Assembly: GCA_024274695.1 (NCBI GenBank)
Contig: JAJSAI010000023.1
Coordinates: 1 to 41,980 of the forward strand
Direction of reading: 5' to 3'
From: an archaeon
GTDB lineage: Archaea; B1Sed10-29; JAJSAI01
Length of the DNA: 41,980 bases
The notes under the pieces were generated by a model. The model was not told where the DNA came from and did no database searches. It saw nothing but the letters and a program-made list of their open reading frames with translations. Below, one piece after another: positions 16,668 to 27,556 of the stretch (within the stretch, counting starts at the first letter, position 1; every line of letters starts with the position of its first letter). The position numbers and the translations under genes are program-made.

Positions 16668-16840
16668 CCTTCCGCGAGTATTTCATCTATTTCTTTCAGC
16701 AGAGCGTCCGACTTGTTGCTCATGCTAGCAGAAGCTTTTCTGGCGGTTGTTTTCATGCTAGTGACCAGCAGGATGGCTACTGCGAGCACGGCCGCGATTA
16801 GGATCAGGAGCTCTGCGGAAACCTGCCCTCTTTTGTCCAT
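16664..16840 (-). CDS. Small type IV pilin-like protein with class III signal peptide (58 aa, not in ORF track)
   Basis: Manual translation MDKRG|QVSAELLILIAAVLAVAILLVTSMKTTARKASASMSNKSDALLKEIDEILAEG*. Textbook KRG|QxSxE motif. Confidence 0.88.
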   Translation of the reverse strand: MDKRGQVSAELLILIAAVLAVAILLVTSMKTTARKASASMSNKSDALLKEIDEILAEG

Positions 16841-16906
16841 GGGAGACTATCCCTCAAAATGGGGATATAACAGAAGAAGAAAGGGGTTCGGGTTAGAACC
16901 GGTTTT

Positions 16907-17479
16907 TTAGTACTCCTCGCACTTCAGGTAGAAGTACTCCTTGGGGTGTCCGCAGCTCGGGCAGTGTTCCGGCGGCATCTCTCCTATGTGCACGTAACCG
17001 CACTTGCTGCACACCCAGGCCACAGGACCCTGTTTTTTCCATAGCGTTCCGTTTTCTATTTGTTCTATGAGCTTTCTGTACCTCTCCTCGTGGTGTTCTT
17101 CTGCCTTGGCTATTGCCCTCAGCCTTCCTGCTATTTCAGGGTGGCCTTCTTCCTCTGCTTTTTTGGCGAACTCCGGGTACATGGTGGTGTTCTCGTAGTG
17201 CTCCCCTTCTGCCGCGTACTTGAGGTTTTCAAGAGTACTCCCAATTTTGTTTATCATTGGCACTTCTACTTTTATCTCGGGGTCTGCTCCCAGCGACTGC
17301 AGCATCTTAAGAAGCCACTTGGCGTGCTGTCTCTCCTGCTCCGCGGTTTCCAGGAAGATGTTACCTATCTGGTGATACCCTTCCTTGAAGGCCTGCTTCG
17401 CGTAAAGAGTGTATCGGTTTCTGGCCTGGCTTTCGCCAATAAATGCAATTGCAAGGTTCTTGATCGTTTCCATGTCCAT
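16907..17479 (-). CDS. rbr: Rubrerythrin
   Basis: [42 protein letters not shown], and a C-terminal rubredoxin knuckle CSKCGY...CPSCGHP. Start at ATG 17479 or 17473. Confidence 0.95.
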   Translation of the reverse strand: MDMETIKNLAIAFIGESQARNRYTLYAKQAFKEGYHQIGNIFLETAEQERQHAKWLLKMLQSLGADPEIKVEVPMINKIGSTLENLKYAAEGEHYENTTMYPEFAKKAEEEGHPEIAGRLRAIAKAEEHHEERYRKLIEQIENGTLWKKQGPVAWVCSKCGYVHIGEMPPEHCPSCGHPKEYFYLKCEEY

Positions 17480-17506
17480 CACCACCAATAAATACGGTGA
17501 TATCTT

Positions 17507-17535
17507 TTTATAAATTTTTGGTACGAAAATAGAAC
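17507..17535. promoter_or_regulatory. Divergent promoter: palindromic TATA box (TTTATAAA 17507-17514) and Ptr2/LrpA-like operator (17521-17535)
   Basis: GTACGAAAATAGAAC matches 11/15 positions of the Ptr2 consensus as I recall it (GGACGAAAATCGTCC on this strand). It lies between rbr and lrp. Confidence 0.5.
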
Positions 17536-17536
17536 C

Positions 17537-17965
17537 ATGGATGCTCGTGACAGGAGGATTTTGAACATCCTTTCTGAAAACGCCAGAACAAGCTTTTCTG
17601 AAATAGCCCGGAGGATCGGGATCACAGAAGCCGCTGTTAGAAAAAGGATTCAAAAGCTTGAACGGTCTGGAGTCATCCTAGGATACACCGTCGTAATCAA
17701 TCCGCAGAAGACAGGAGAGATGATATCCCTCACGGGGATTGATGTAGCACCGGAATACCTCGTGGAAGTTTCCAGGAGGGTAGGGAGAATGCCCTGCGTG
17801 CGCAGGGCATGGTTTTCAAGCGGAGACCACACAATAATGGCAGAGGTTGTCTGCAGGAACACCTCGGAACTGGAAGAAAGGCACAAGAGGATATCCAGAA
17901 TAAAAGGGGTGAAAAGGGTTTGCCCGTCCGTACTATCAGGAACGATCAAGTGGCCCGGAGAGTAG
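17537..17965 (+). CDS. Lrp/AsnC family transcriptional regulator (LrpA/Ptr2-like)
   Basis: [45 protein letters not shown], then [16 protein letters not shown] and GVKRVCPSV as in the LrpA/Ptr2 subfamily. Confidence 0.93.
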   Translation: MDARDRRILNILSENARTSFSEIARRIGITEAAVRKRIQKLERSGVILGYTVVINPQKTGEMISLTGIDVAPEYLVEVSRRVGRMPCVRRAWFSSGDHTIMAEVVCRNTSELEERHKRISRIKGVKRVCPSVLSGTIKWPGE

Positions 17966-18513
17966 AGGAGTTCAGGAAAAAGAGGGACTGGAAGCAGTTG
18001 TTCTCAGAACTGTGCTTCTGCGTGCTGACCGCGAACGGGAGCGCGGAGAAGGGAATAAAAATCCAGAAGGAGGTTGGGGCCGAAGGTTTTCTTACGCTGA
18101 ACGAGAGGGATCTCTCCAGGAGGCTGAAGGAGCTTGGGCACAGGTTCCCTAACTCAAGAGCAGGGTACATAGTACACAACAGGAAACTGGCGAACGCCCT
18201 GCCCCGCGTTTACAGGATGAGTCCTGAGAACGCGAGGGAGTGGCTCGTGAACAACTTTAAGGGCATAGGGTACAAGGAGGCCAGCCACTTCCTGAGAAAC
18301 ATTGGAGTGTTTGACCTTGCCATACTTGACAAGCACGTGCTCAGGTGGATGAAGCGGGAGGGGCTCTTGAATGAAGTCCCCAAGACCTTGACGCGCAAGA
18401 GGTATCTTGAAATAGAGGAGATCTTCGTCAGGGAGGCCAAGAAAAGAGGTCTTGCTCCAGGAGTGTTTGACCTTTTCGTCTGGGCTGAGATGACAGGCCG
18501 TGTCCTGAAGTAA
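17950..18513 (+). CDS. ogg: 8-oxoguanine DNA glycosylase/AP lyase (Ogg2 type)
   Basis: LFSELCFCVLTAN, GHRFPNSRA, HhH motif KGIGYKEASHFLRN, AILDKHVLR, and C-terminal DLFVW..MTGRVLK. GTG start at 17950 overlaps the end of lrp. Confidence 0.92.
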   Translation: MARRVEEFRKKRDWKQLFSELCFCVLTANGSAEKGIKIQKEVGAEGFLTLNERDLSRRLKELGHRFPNSRAGYIVHNRKLANALPRVYRMSPENAREWLVNNFKGIGYKEASHFLRNIGVFDLAILDKHVLRWMKREGLLNEVPKTLTRKRYLEIEEIFVREAKKRGLAPGVFDLFVWAEMTGRVLK

Positions 18514-18520
18514 CCTCGGC

Positions 18521-19990
18521 TTACTTCCTCAGTAACAGTACTACCACCACAGCCGCGCCGAGCAGTGCGAGTAAGACCTCCAGGCTGTACCCTGGAGCGC
18601 TCGTGACCACAACCGTTCCTGACTGAGGAGTGCTGACGGTCACGGTGGTGGAGTTGTACGCCCAGTTGCCCGCTGGGTCAGAACAGTTAGCCCAAGCGGT
18701 GTGCGCCCCGGAAGACTGGGGAGTGTAAACGTAGTAGTATGTTCCTCCGCCTGAAGAGTTCATGGTGCCTATGGGAGACCCGTCCCAGTAGAACGTGCAG
18801 TTGGACACTCCCACGTTGTCCGTGGCGTTGACGGTGAAGTTGGTCGCCTGCCCGAGCGTTGCAACCGTGGGATAGACTTGAGTAACGTTTGGCGGTGTGA
18901 GGTCCTCTCCTATCGCGTAAAGGTGAGTGTCAGCAGTGAAGTACACCATCCCTCCCGAGACCGCAGGGGAAGCGGACACATCATAGGCTGCCTGGTACTT
19001 CCAGATAAGCGCGCCCGTGCTAGCGTTCAGCGCGTAGAGGTTATCGTCAGCGGACCCGAAGTACACCACCCCGTTCGCGACCGCGGGAGCAGATTCTATA
19101 AGGTCCCCGGTAGTGTACGACCATATCTCTGTCCCGTTGTCCGCGTACAGCGCGTGGAACACTCCTGAAGAATCGCCTATGTAGAGAACTCCGTTCCAGA
19201 CGGCGCTTGAGGTCGTCCAAGCGCCCAGGGTAATGTTCCACAGCTGCACGCCATTGCTTGCGTTAAGCGCGTACAGGTACGTGTTGTCAGTGATGTACAC
19301 TGTATCATTCCATATGGTCGGGGACGCGGTCAGGCTTGAGCCCGCGTAGGCGTAGCTCCACAAGAGTAGCCCGCTGGTCGCGTTAACCGCGTAGAAGTTG
19401 TCGTCCGCGGAGTCAAAGTAGACTACCCCGTTGTAGACAACGGGAGAAGAGTGCACGGCGCCTCCTGTGGTATAGTTCCAAATGGATACGCCGTTAGTCG
19501 CGTTAATCGCGTGAAGCTTGTAGTCAGGGGCTCCGATGTACACTATCCCGTCAGAAACTGCAGGGGATGATCTTATAGTGAACGTGTTCCCTGTAGTGTA
19601 GTTCCAGACCTCTGCGCCAGTGGTCGCATTAATCGCGTGGACGACCCCGTTACCGTCCCCAACAAAGACCATACCGTACGCTACCGCGGGAGTGCAGTCT
19701 AACACGCCAAAGTCTGTCCTCTGCCATATGAGCGCTCCAGTGGTCGCATTCAGGGCCTCGAATACTGCGGATGGACCGCCCGAGTACACGATCCCCCCAG
19801 CAACAACCGGGGAATTCCTTCCTAAGAACGTGGAGGAGTAGGTTCTGGTCCAATTGACCGCAGGGTTCAGGGGACCGTAGTCAGAGGTAAGCCCTGTGTT
19901 GTTAAGGTCCTTCTGGAACTTCGGCCAGTCTACAGCGGCCAGAGCAAGGGACACTGCGAGGCATAACAGCAGAACTATCTTTAGCCTCAT
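18521..19990 (-). CDS. Secreted PQQ-like (BamB-type) beta-propeller protein with Ig-like domain and PGF-CTERM-like anchor
   Basis: Signal peptide, WPKFQKDLNNTG, repeated SSPAV..G.VY.GS.D..LYALNA.TG..IW blades, a DLTPP...NCSDPAGN domain, a S/T linker and terminal APGY-TM-RK. Confidence 0.9.
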   Translation of the reverse strand: MRLKIVLLLCLAVSLALAAVDWPKFQKDLNNTGLTSDYGPLNPAVNWTRTYSSTFLGRNSPVVAGGIVYSGGPSAVFEALNATTGALIWQRTDFGVLDCTPAVAYGMVFVGDGNGVVHAINATTGAEVWNYTTGNTFTIRSSPAVSDGIVYIGAPDYKLHAINATNGVSIWNYTTGGAVHSSPVVYNGVVYFDSADDNFYAVNATSGLLLWSYAYAGSSLTASPTIWNDTVYITDNTYLYALNASNGVQLWNITLGAWTTSSAVWNGVLYIGDSSGVFHALYADNGTEIWSYTTGDLIESAPAVANGVVYFGSADDNLYALNASTGALIWKYQAAYDVSASPAVSGGMVYFTADTHLYAIGEDLTPPNVTQVYPTVATLGQATNFTVNATDNVGVSNCTFYWDGSPIGTMNSSGGGTYYYVYTPQSSGAHTAWANCSDPAGNWAYNSTTVTVSTPQSGTVVVTSAPGYSLEVLLALLGAAVVVVLLLRK

Positions 19991-20059
19991 GTCGTTTAGA
20001 AGGAGCAAAGGGGGATTTAAAAGATTATGTTTTTAAACTCTTTCCCCATAGGTGATATT

Positions 20060-20623
20060 ATGAGCTTCTTTTACAAGGGAGAACTGGTGCACATTTTCAT
20101 TTCCATTTTCACCATCACCTTAGCGTTCTCAATAAACTTTCTGCAGGACTTTTTCCTGGTCCTCTTCACGGTAGGCCTTGGCTTCTTCTTGCACGAGATG
20201 GGCCACAAGGCAGCTGCCATCAGGTACGGGGCTGTCGCGGTTTACAGGGCGTGGATGTGGGGGCTGGTAATGGCAGTGTTCCTGGCAGCCGCCACCCACG
20301 GCAGGTTTGTTTTCGCTGCCCCGGGCGCGGTGTACATATGGAAAGAGAATCTCACGAGAAGGGAAGATGGGATCATCTCGCTCGCGGGACCAGTGATGAA
20401 CGTCCTGCTCGCGGTTTTCTTCTTTTACCTCTTGTACGCTTTTGGAAGCATTCCCCTTGTTTTCGCGATCTCTGTTCCCGGGATTTACGTGAACCTGTTC
20501 TTAGCCCTGTTCAACCTGATCCCTGTCTACCCGTTAGACGGGTCAAAAGTGTGGGCTTACAATCCCGGCCTGTGGGCCCTGGTGACAGTACCCCTGGGCA
20601 TCGCGTTCCTCTTGCTGTTGTGA
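20060..20623 (+). CDS. Site-2 protease family (M50) intramembrane metalloprotease
   Basis: HEMGH inside a TM segment, AAPGAV, ISLAGPVMN and FNLIPVYPLDGSKV. GGTGA RBS before ATG 20060. Confidence 0.92.
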   Translation: MSFFYKGELVHIFISIFTITLAFSINFLQDFFLVLFTVGLGFFLHEMGHKAAAIRYGAVAVYRAWMWGLVMAVFLAAATHGRFVFAAPGAVYIWKENLTRREDGIISLAGPVMNVLLAVFFFYLLYAFGSIPLVFAISVPGIYVNLFLALFNLIPVYPLDGSKVWAYNPGLWALVTVPLGIAFLLLL

Positions 20624-20635
20624 AACATAGGGGTT

Positions 20636-22816
<2,181 letters not shown>

Positions 22817-22868
22817 TTATCTAAGGTGGTAGGTGTTTTTAATGTTGTCGGACAGAAATAAGGAACGG

Positions 22869-23504
22869 ATGATACCTACTGGTTGCAGGGGTCTTGACAG
22901 GCTCTTGGGAGGCGGCCTGCCCGAGCAGGTCATAACACAGTTTTACGGAGAGCCGGGCTCGGGGAAAACCAGCGTCTGCCTGCAGACCGTTAAGTCCAAT
23001 CCTGGGAAGAGGATCGTGTTCGTGGACACTGAGTCTTCTTTTCACCCGATAAGGGTTGACCAGGTGCTCGCGGGCCTGGACCGGAACGTGCTCAGGAACG
23101 TTAGGGTCTTCAGGGTGACGGACTTCTCGGAGCAGACTGAGGTGTTGAACAGTCTTCCTGACTGCGATCTTGTGATAGTGGATTCAATATCCAGTTTGTA
23201 CAGGCTCCAGAGGGCTGATGACGGTCTTGAGGCTTCAAGGGTTCTCGGGAACCAGGTGGCTTCTCTTCTCGCGTTCGCGAGAAAAAACAACATTCCTGTG
23301 CTCGTGACCAACCAGGTGTACACTGATCCTGAGACTGGTAGGCTGGAGCCTGTGGGGGGAGACGTGCTAAGGTACGCCAGCAAGATTATTGTAGAGTTAA
23401 GAAGGGAGGAGGGTGCTATGAGGAGGGCTTTTCTGCGCAAGCATTTTTCAAGACCTGATGGCCAGGATACGTTGTTCAGGATCGTTGGAACAGGCGTCAT
23501 CTGA
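22869..23504 (+). CDS. radB: DNA repair and recombination protein RadB
   Basis: IPTGCRGLDRLLGGGL, YGEPGSGKT, VDTE, IVDSISSLYR, VTNQVY and PVGGDVLRY. ATPase core only, with a basic LRKH patch. Confidence 0.88.
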   Translation: MIPTGCRGLDRLLGGGLPEQVITQFYGEPGSGKTSVCLQTVKSNPGKRIVFVDTESSFHPIRVDQVLAGLDRNVLRNVRVFRVTDFSEQTEVLNSLPDCDLVIVDSISSLYRLQRADDGLEASRVLGNQVASLLAFARKNNIPVLVTNQVYTDPETGRLEPVGGDVLRYASKIIVELRREEGAMRRAFLRKHFSRPDGQDTLFRIVGTGVI

Positions 23505-23525
23505 AAACGGCTAAAACGGTTACAA

Positions 23526-24305
23526 CTACTTCTCGGTTTTTATTATCTTGCTGCCTCCGTTCGGAAGGATTTGCATGAGCCAGTCAACGTCCGCTTGGAT
23601 TCCTGGAAAGATTTTTTCAAGCTCTGCGAGGATCTTTTTGGCTGCCTCGTGCTTTGTTCCAGGTCCGGGGGAGATGATCACTCCCTTGCCCTTTATCGCT
23701 TCAGGGGGTCCGGCCAGAAGCTTTTCGCCATCGTAGGAGATCTTGAGTTCTAGGGGAAGGTTCTTGTACCATTCCCTCTCGCCGGTTATGACGAAAGCGC
23801 CCTTGGCAAGGTATTCTCCTGCCTTCGCAGCGGTCCTCACTTGGTCTGGTCTGACGATGAACGCGTCAGCCACTTTTACTCCAGCAGCCCACAGTCTGGA
23901 GTAGCATGCTGCGAACCGGGCCACCATTCTCTTTTCTTCCTCAGGAGCCTCTTGGCCCTTCTTGAAAACGGTGGCATGAGCCCCGTGAACGTCAGCGTGC
24001 GCGAACAGGTCCTGCTTTTCAAGATGCTTTCTTACGAGATCCTGATTGCTTCTGGCGTCCTTTCCGCCTAGAACGAGTCTTCCGGAGGGGGTGAAAAACC
24101 AGTGGTACTTCTCGTACCATTCTTTTTTTCTCACGATCTTTTTCCGGAGAACCTGCCTTTCGGGCTTCTGCTCGCTGATCTTCCGCATGCTTTCTTGTAT
24201 GGCCCTTTTTATTCCCTCTATTTTTTTCTTGTACTTCTTGCTCTTCTCATAGTGCTCTGCAGCATTCTCGTACGCGCTTTTTCTGGGGTCTATTATCACT
24301 TTCAT
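23526..24305 (-). CDS. Short NFACT-R (Rqc2/RqcH-related) RNA-binding protein
   Basis: IDPRKSAYENAAEHYEKSKK, WYEKYHWF, GGKDARSN, HADVHGA, ACYSRLW and GEYLAKGAFVITGER. No NFACT-N or HhH region. Confidence 0.88.
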   Translation of the reverse strand: MKVIIDPRKSAYENAAEHYEKSKKYKKKIEGIKRAIQESMRKISEQKPERQVLRKKIVRKKEWYEKYHWFFTPSGRLVLGGKDARSNQDLVRKHLEKQDLFAHADVHGAHATVFKKGQEAPEEEKRMVARFAACYSRLWAAGVKVADAFIVRPDQVRTAAKAGEYLAKGAFVITGEREWYKNLPLELKISYDGEKLLAGPPEAIKGKGVIISPGPGTKHEAAKKILAELEKIFPGIQADVDWLMQILPNGGSKIIKTEK

Positions 24306-24790
24306 TCTTCTAACGCCCTCTTGAACGCGTCTTCTGTCCTGTCGTCTATCGCGACCAGCAGGACGGTCATGTCATCGTGACCTATCTCGTTTATTGCTTT
24401 TACCATTTGCCTGGCCGCTATCAGGGGAGGTACCCCTCCTACTCCCGCGCCCATGCACGGGAACGCTACTGTTCTCGCTCCCTCGTCTTTTGCTTTTAGC
24501 ATGGCTGCTCTGGTGGCAAGGTAGACTTTGTCAGGACTTGTTCTTTCTGCAGGCCGTTTCATTGTGGGAGCGTGTATGACCATTTGGGCGGGCAGCCTGC
24601 CTGCTGATGTTGTTATGGCCTGTCCTACTGGAGTCTGACCTTGTTGTATAGCCTGCTTCTCTATCCATTCTCCGCCGTGTCTTTTTATCTGTCCCGCCAC
24701 TCCTCCTCCCATTATGTGCCAGGAGTTCGCGGGATTGACTATCGCATCAACCTTTTGGTTGAGAAGATTTCCTCTCACGATTTTTATCAT
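24302..24790 (-). CDS. Macrodomain protein (ADP-ribose binding/hydrolase)
   Basis: VDAIVNPAN, MGGGVAGQI, GQAITTSAGRL, VIHAPTM and AFPCMGAGVGG. Confidence 0.93.
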   Translation of the reverse strand: MIKIVRGNLLNQKVDAIVNPANSWHIMGGGVAGQIKRHGGEWIEKQAIQQGQTPVGQAITTSAGRLPAQMVIHAPTMKRPAERTSPDKVYLATRAAMLKAKDEGARTVAFPCMGAGVGGVPPLIAARQMVKAINEIGHDDMTVLLVAIDDRTEDAFKRALEE

Positions 24791-26804
24791 TTTTCTTACC
24801 CCAGTGTTTTTTGGTTTCGCAGTCTGGGTTCACGCACATTTCAAATGATCTTCTCCCTTTCATGCTTACCCTGACCACGGGAGTCCCGCATGATTCGCAT
24901 GCCTTGTTCAGCGGCTGGACTCTTCCTTTTGCGGGAAGCGGGAACGTTACCCTGCACCCTTTCTTGTAGTTGGAGCAACCCACGAACCGTGTTCCCTTCC
25001 TGGTTCTTATCATCACAAGGTCTCCTCCGCACTCGGGACACTTTCCGAGGATGTTGTCCTTTGATATGGACTGCCTCAGCTCCTGCGAGATCGTTTCCTT
25101 GTTCTCCTGGAGTTTTCTGACTATCCTCTCTAGGATTCCCCGTGACTCCTGCACAACTTCTTCTTTTGTTTTCTTTCCTTCTGCTATCAGGTCCATCTCT
25201 TTTTCTATCATCGCGGTGAGGCTCGGTGAGGTTATGTCCTTGGCGTACTTTTCAAGGGTTTCTATGACCGTGAACGCTATCTGGGAGGGTGTGAAGGTTT
25301 TCCTTCCCAGGAGGTAGCCTCTGGAGATTATTTTCTGGATTATGCCTGCCCTGGTGGATTTTGTTCCCAGCCCCAGGTCCTCCATTGCCTTGAGCAGGGT
25401 CGCTGCGGAGTATCTTGGTTTGGGTTTCGTGTACTCTTTCTTCTCTTCTACCTTGATCACTTTCACTTCTTCTCCTTTTTCCAGTGGAGGGAGTTCTGTT
25501 TCCTTCAGCTGGTTGTAGGGATAGTATTCTCTCCAGCCGGGGTCAATGATCCTCTTGCCCTGCGCTTTGAAGTCTTCTCCAGCGCACTCTATAACGGCTG
25601 TGGTGTTCTGAGTGATGCTGGGGGGCGCGAGGGTTGCGAGGAACCTGTCAACCACCAGGCAGTATATCCTCCATTCCTTTTGGTCGAGTTTTTTCTTGTC
25701 CGCTGCGGCCACGGGGTGTATGGGAGGGTGGTCTGTTGTCCGTTTTTTGCCTTTTGAGGGCGTGATCTTAGGCTGGGAGAGTATCTTCTTCGTTTTTTGA
25801 GAGTACTCAGGAAGCTTGCCTATTTCCCCGAGAATTTTCTTAAAGTTTATGCTGCCAGGGTACACTGTGTTATCCGTTCTGGGGTATGAGATGTATCCGC
25901 GCATGTAAAGCCTTTCGGCTATTTCCAGAACCCTTTCGGGGGAGTAACCGAGGTTCGCTGCCGCGCGCAGGAAGTCGTTGGTGTTGAAGGGGGTCGGCGG
26001 GGACTGTTTACTCTCTCTTACGGAAACCTTTTTCACTACAGCCGTCTTTGCGGCTTTTACTTTCTGGTACACCTCTCTCGCGGCCAGCTCATCTTTTATA
26101 CCTGTCTTTTCCGCCTTGAATTTTTTGGACTGCTTTTCGCAGTGTAAGAATATGTTCCAGAAGGGTTCCGGCTTGAACGCGCGTATTTCCTTTTCTCGGT
26201 TCACGCACAGCGCTAAGGTAGGGGACTGAACTCTTCCCACGGAAAGGAATGCCTTGCCCATTCTCCTGGCTGAGAGGGAGATGAACCTTGTCAGGACCGC
26301 TCCCCAGAGCAGGTCTATCTCCCTTCTCGCGTCAGCAGAGTCTGCCAGGTTGTGGTCAAAGTCAACCAGGTTCTTGAACGCTTTCGTGACCTCTTCTTTT
26401 GTGAGCGCGGAGAACTTTGCTCTTCTCACGGGGAGCCCAGGCTTCTCTTTGAGTATTATCTGGAGCGCTTCTTTTCCTATGGATTCCCCTTCCCTGTCGT
26501 AGTCACAAGCGATTATGACCTCGTCCGCTTCTTTCGCGTATTTTCTCAGCACCCTCGCGAGAGAAGGGGATGTTTGCTTGTACACTATTTTGGCTCTTAC
26601 AAGATCCGCAAGGTCTACCGAGGACCAGTTGGCGTATTCTTTGGGAAAGTCAGGGTTTGTGATGTGCCCCTTCAGTGGGATTATGGTGTACTCTCCTGAA
26701 ATGAAGACTTTTACCTTACCCTCTGAAACGAGCTTTGGAGAACCAAGTATTTTCGCTATCCTCTCCGCCGCAAGCGGTTTCTCCGCTATTACGAGCTTCA
26801 TCAA
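24747..26804 (-). CDS. topA: DNA topoisomerase type IA with C-terminal zinc ribbons
   Basis: IAEKP, DYDREGE, SVGRVQSPTL, catalytic YISYPRTD, HPPIHP, GLGTKSTR, then CPECGG/CSNY and CESCG/CVNPDC. Confidence 0.96.
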   Translation of the reverse strand: MMKLVIAEKPLAAERIAKILGSPKLVSEGKVKVFISGEYTIIPLKGHITNPDFPKEYANWSSVDLADLVRAKIVYKQTSPSLARVLRKYAKEADEVIIACDYDREGESIGKEALQIILKEKPGLPVRRAKFSALTKEEVTKAFKNLVDFDHNLADSADARREIDLLWGAVLTRFISLSARRMGKAFLSVGRVQSPTLALCVNREKEIRAFKPEPFWNIFLHCEKQSKKFKAEKTGIKDELAAREVYQKVKAAKTAVVKKVSVRESKQSPPTPFNTNDFLRAAANLGYSPERVLEIAERLYMRGYISYPRTDNTVYPGSINFKKILGEIGKLPEYSQKTKKILSQPKITPSKGKKRTTDHPPIHPVAAADKKKLDQKEWRIYCLVVDRFLATLAPPSITQNTTAVIECAGEDFKAQGKRIIDPGWREYYPYNQLKETELPPLEKGEEVKVIKVEEKKEYTKPKPRYSAATLLKAMEDLGLGTKSTRAGIIQKIISRGYLLGRKTFTPSQIAFTVIETLEKYAKDITSPSLTAMIEKEMDLIAEGKKTKEEVVQESRGILERIVRKLQENKETISQELRQSISKDNILGKCPECGGDLVMIRTRKGTRFVGCSNYKKGCRVTFPLPAKGRVQPLNKACESCGTPVVRVSMKGRRSFEMCVNPDCETKKHWGKKNDKNRERKSSQPKG

Positions 26805-27535
26805 ATCCCTGCCAGAGGATATCTTGTTAGGTAGAGTTCGCTAGCGTACATCTGGGTCAGAGGAAGCACCACCAGAGAGACTATCAGCACGCTCACTATG
26901 TTGTGCTCGAAGAACAGGAACTGGCCTAGAACGGTTTCTATTACCAGCACGAGTATTAGCAGGACAAAACCTATGAGAAGATACTCCAGCAGGGCCCCAG
27001 GATGTTTTGCCACGAATTCTTTTGAGTCAGCCATCGCTCTCAGCACGGGATAGTCTTCCAGCACGATCACCTGGGGAGAAAAGAGGAAGAGAGCCCACAG
27101 CACGAGGAGCACGAACTGCGCCAGTGCTGGAGGCGCGTTCACGAAACTGGCTACTGCTGCCACGGCTACGGTGGCAACGGTCATTATCACCAGGAATATG
27201 AACACTCTGAGCACGTAGTCGGGGAACACGTTGATTATCTTGGCGAACCCGGACTGGTCTAGTGTTTCCTTTAGCTTGGTTATGCTTATCACGCTAGCAA
27301 GGGTTATAGAGAACAAGGCTGTTGATGCCAGGGAAACAGCGGCGAAGAAGACTGCTTCTGTCAGGGTCATGTCAAGTCGTATGCTGGAAAACCGTATCAT
27401 GCCCGCTCCTGCCGCAAGATAGCTTGACAGGAACAGCATCATTGAAAGGGACAGCAGGGCGAATATGCTGAAGGAGACGGTGACCTTGTACGTTTCCTTG
27501 TACATTCCGCAGGCTTTGATGAACGCCTCAAACAT
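26801..27535 (-). CDS. Hypothetical polytopic membrane protein
   Basis: About six hydrophobic segments. ATGA overlap with topA. Confidence 0.78.
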   Translation of the reverse strand: MFEAFIKACGMYKETYKVTVSFSIFALLSLSMMLFLSSYLAAGAGMIRFSSIRLDMTLTEAVFFAAVSLASTALFSITLASVISITKLKETLDQSGFAKIINVFPDYVLRVFIFLVIMTVATVAVAAVASFVNAPPALAQFVLLVLWALFLFSPQVIVLEDYPVLRAMADSKEFVAKHPGALLEYLLIGFVLLILVLVIETVLGQFLFFEHNIVSVLIVSLVVLPLTQMYASELYLTRYPLAGI

Positions 27536-27556
27536 GATTCTGATTAAGTTTTGGTA

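Noticed and set aside
18900-19800. Nucleotide-level repeats in the propeller gene as DGR template/variable repeats
   Set aside because: Degenerate in-frame blade repeats with no adenine-specific mismatch pattern seen and no reverse transcriptase in the window.
24302-24790. Macrodomain or JAB genes as parts of a defence island (DarTG, Thoeris, CBASS, Bil)
   Set aside because: No DarT, TIR/SIR2, CD-NTase, E1/E2 or Ubl gene is visible in the window, and the neighbours are housekeeping genes.
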